Shown here: one piece after another, positions 62,060 to 64,000 of the stretch
How the letters are laid out: each line of letters opens with the position of its first letter
Numbering within the stretch: the first letter of the stretch is position 1
Source: Dimorphilus gyrociliatus
Lineage: Eukaryota > Animalia > Annelida
DNA length: 64,000 nucleotides
Assembly (NCBI GenBank): GCA_904063045.1
Contig: CAJFCJ010000061.1
Coordinates: 24,186-88,185, forward strand
Direction: 5' to 3'
Notes under the pieces: generated by a model
Seen by the model: the letters and a program-made list of their open reading frames with translations, nothing else
Told to the model about the DNA's origin: nothing
Databases searched by the model: none
Translations under genes and position numbers: made by a program

Positions 62060-62496
62060 ACAACACAAATTGATTTTTTGTAATTATTCTATAAAATTAA
62101 AAAAAAATCTTGTTAGCAATGTTGTATGTCAATATGAGTTAGTATGAATGTTTAAACAAAGAGAAGTGAGAGTGTGTCAATTATGTTTAGTGTATATGAA
62201 TCTGTGTTCATATCACGATTGGTCAGCTTGACGTGATATCATATCACAAGCTAAATCAGAATGATATAGCTGAGAAACAAACTCACAATACAAAACATAG
62301 ATACTATCTTGTAACATTTATTTTAAATTAAACTTCCTGGTTAATATAATGTTAACAATGATACCAACAATTTCAGCACAAAGATTTTTAGTTGCAACAA
62401 TACATTCTTTTCAATGAATTGAACTTTTATATTTCCCTTTCTAAACTTGCAATGAATCATAGAGAAACAGATACAATTGGTAGACCATTATTATTA

Positions 62497-64000
62497 GGGA
62501 TCAACAGAAAACGGACCCAACAGAAAACGGCCCCAACCGGAACAGAAAACGGCCCCAATCAGAACAGAAAACAGCCCCAACTGAGACAGAAAACGGCCAC
62601 AAAATTTCGAAATATACAATACTCATAAATTGAATAGAATAAGTTAATTTAAAATTTTTTTCTATTAGTTAGTAAATATTGGATGAAAAAATATTAAATT
62701 GTCCACCAGTTTTTCCTAAGAGGTTGAATATTTTGCACTATTTTTAAATTCCTGCCAATAGGTTAAAGCAGCTCAAAGGAGATTTTTGCCACAATGCTAC
62801 CATATTGTTTTGGATGTAAGAAAAAGATTAATAAGCTGAAGCAATGTGTTTGTTCACTTTGTCATCATAAAGTCCATTGGGCTTGTTTATCAGGTAAGAT
62901 CCAAATTGATTTTAATGTAAACTAAGCTCTTTCTTTTGTAGATGGATTATGTTCTATATGTTCAAGTCTTGATAAAAAAAAAATCAGAATTATTCTGAGC
63001 AAATGTGATGAAATTTTACAAGATAAATCTACCAATAAAGTCTCAAATGCTGAAAATATAGATCTAAATCATACAAGAGAAGAGATAGATGTGCAAAATA
63101 TAATAATGGATGTTGATCATGAAGAAGTGGTTACCCTTATTGAAACACTGAATTGTGATGCAGAGTACAGGCTTGTTGATAATCTTAGTGAAAGCAGCCC
63201 TCTGCATGGAAATACATTACATTTGAATGAGAATGATATCAATATGGAGGAGTCCTTTGAAAGTATACCAGAGGTGAACTATGACAGCAATGGTAAATTC
63301 AGAATATTCCCTACAGGAAGTCAAAAAGGCAAAGAATTACTTGTATCTAATGGTCACTCATTTGTTGTCAAAAGAAAAGACAAGACTTCCATAATTTGGA
63401 GATGTGGAGTTAGAAGCAAGAAAATGCTGCCAGTGTCATTCAAAGAAATAATAACTTCTCTTTGGGGTCTAAATATCATATTCACCCTCCCAAAAAAAAT
63501 TTAGAACAAATTATTGAAATGAAAGTGACAGCAAAACAAAAAGGAAAGACTGGCACCAATGTTAGTGGAAAACGAATAGCTGAAAATGTTCTGCTTCCTT
63601 TTGCAAATATGGGAAATATTGTACAAGTTGAAAATTGCAAAGAAATGATAAATTATCATAGAAGAAAATATCGTCCCAATGAACCTATTGGAAGAAACTT
63701 TCTTATTAATAATTGCTTTATTCCTGATGATTTCTTAAAGAAAGATGTCCTTGAAAATAATGAAAGAGTGATTATTTTTTCCACTTCAAAACAACTTAGC
63801 TTACTTGCAGTGTCAAAAGTCTGGTACTTAGATGGAACTTTCAAGATTGTTAAGGACCCATTTACACAGTTATTTTCATTTCACTCATTCCTCAAAAAAG
63901 AAGGTGAATTAAAACAGGTTCCTCTTCTATATGCATTCATGTCATCAAAAAAGAAAAAAGCATATAATCTGTTATTCAAGGTAGTTCAACTTGAAATTTT
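62497..64000 (+). mobile_element. MULE element E (left TIR + frameshifted PHD-FLYWCH-MULE transposase), running off the window
   Basis: TIR GGGATCAACAGAAAACGG with CAGAAAACGGCCCC subrepeats. ATG 62794 MLPYCFGC..CSLC..HWAC|..CSIC, then GSQKGK and WYLDGTFK. Confidence 0.9.

Overview
AT-rich eukaryotic (animal) genomic DNA with short GT-AG introns of roughly 45-90 nt. This suggests a compact invertebrate, possibly a spiralian or annelid (inference only). No prokaryotic operons, rRNA, tRNA or CRISPR arrays were seen. The window has three layers. (1) A dense DNA-transposon field. It holds at least five distinct Mutator-like (MULE/Phantom-type) elements encoding spliced PHD-FLYWCH-DDE transposases, and two of these are nested inside a third with exact 9-bp TSDs. 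It also holds their non-autonomous MITE derivatives, which carry degenerate TTAGGG tracts, and several decayed Tc1 elements. (2) A modular NLR-like immune locus at about 30-49.5 kb, with RING-LRR, death-fold-NACHT, death-fold-LRR lacking NACHT, and LRR fragments. (3) Receptor and surface genes: two LDLa-LRR-7TM (GRL101/LGR-type) GPCRs, one with an SRCR exon; a truncated rhodopsin-class GPCR; a spliced double chitin-binding (CBM14) membrane protein missed by the ORF track; a fucosyltransferase-like ORF; and a decayed multi-TM RING-H2 gene. All assignments come from manual motif reading. No database searches were run, and many boundaries are approximate.
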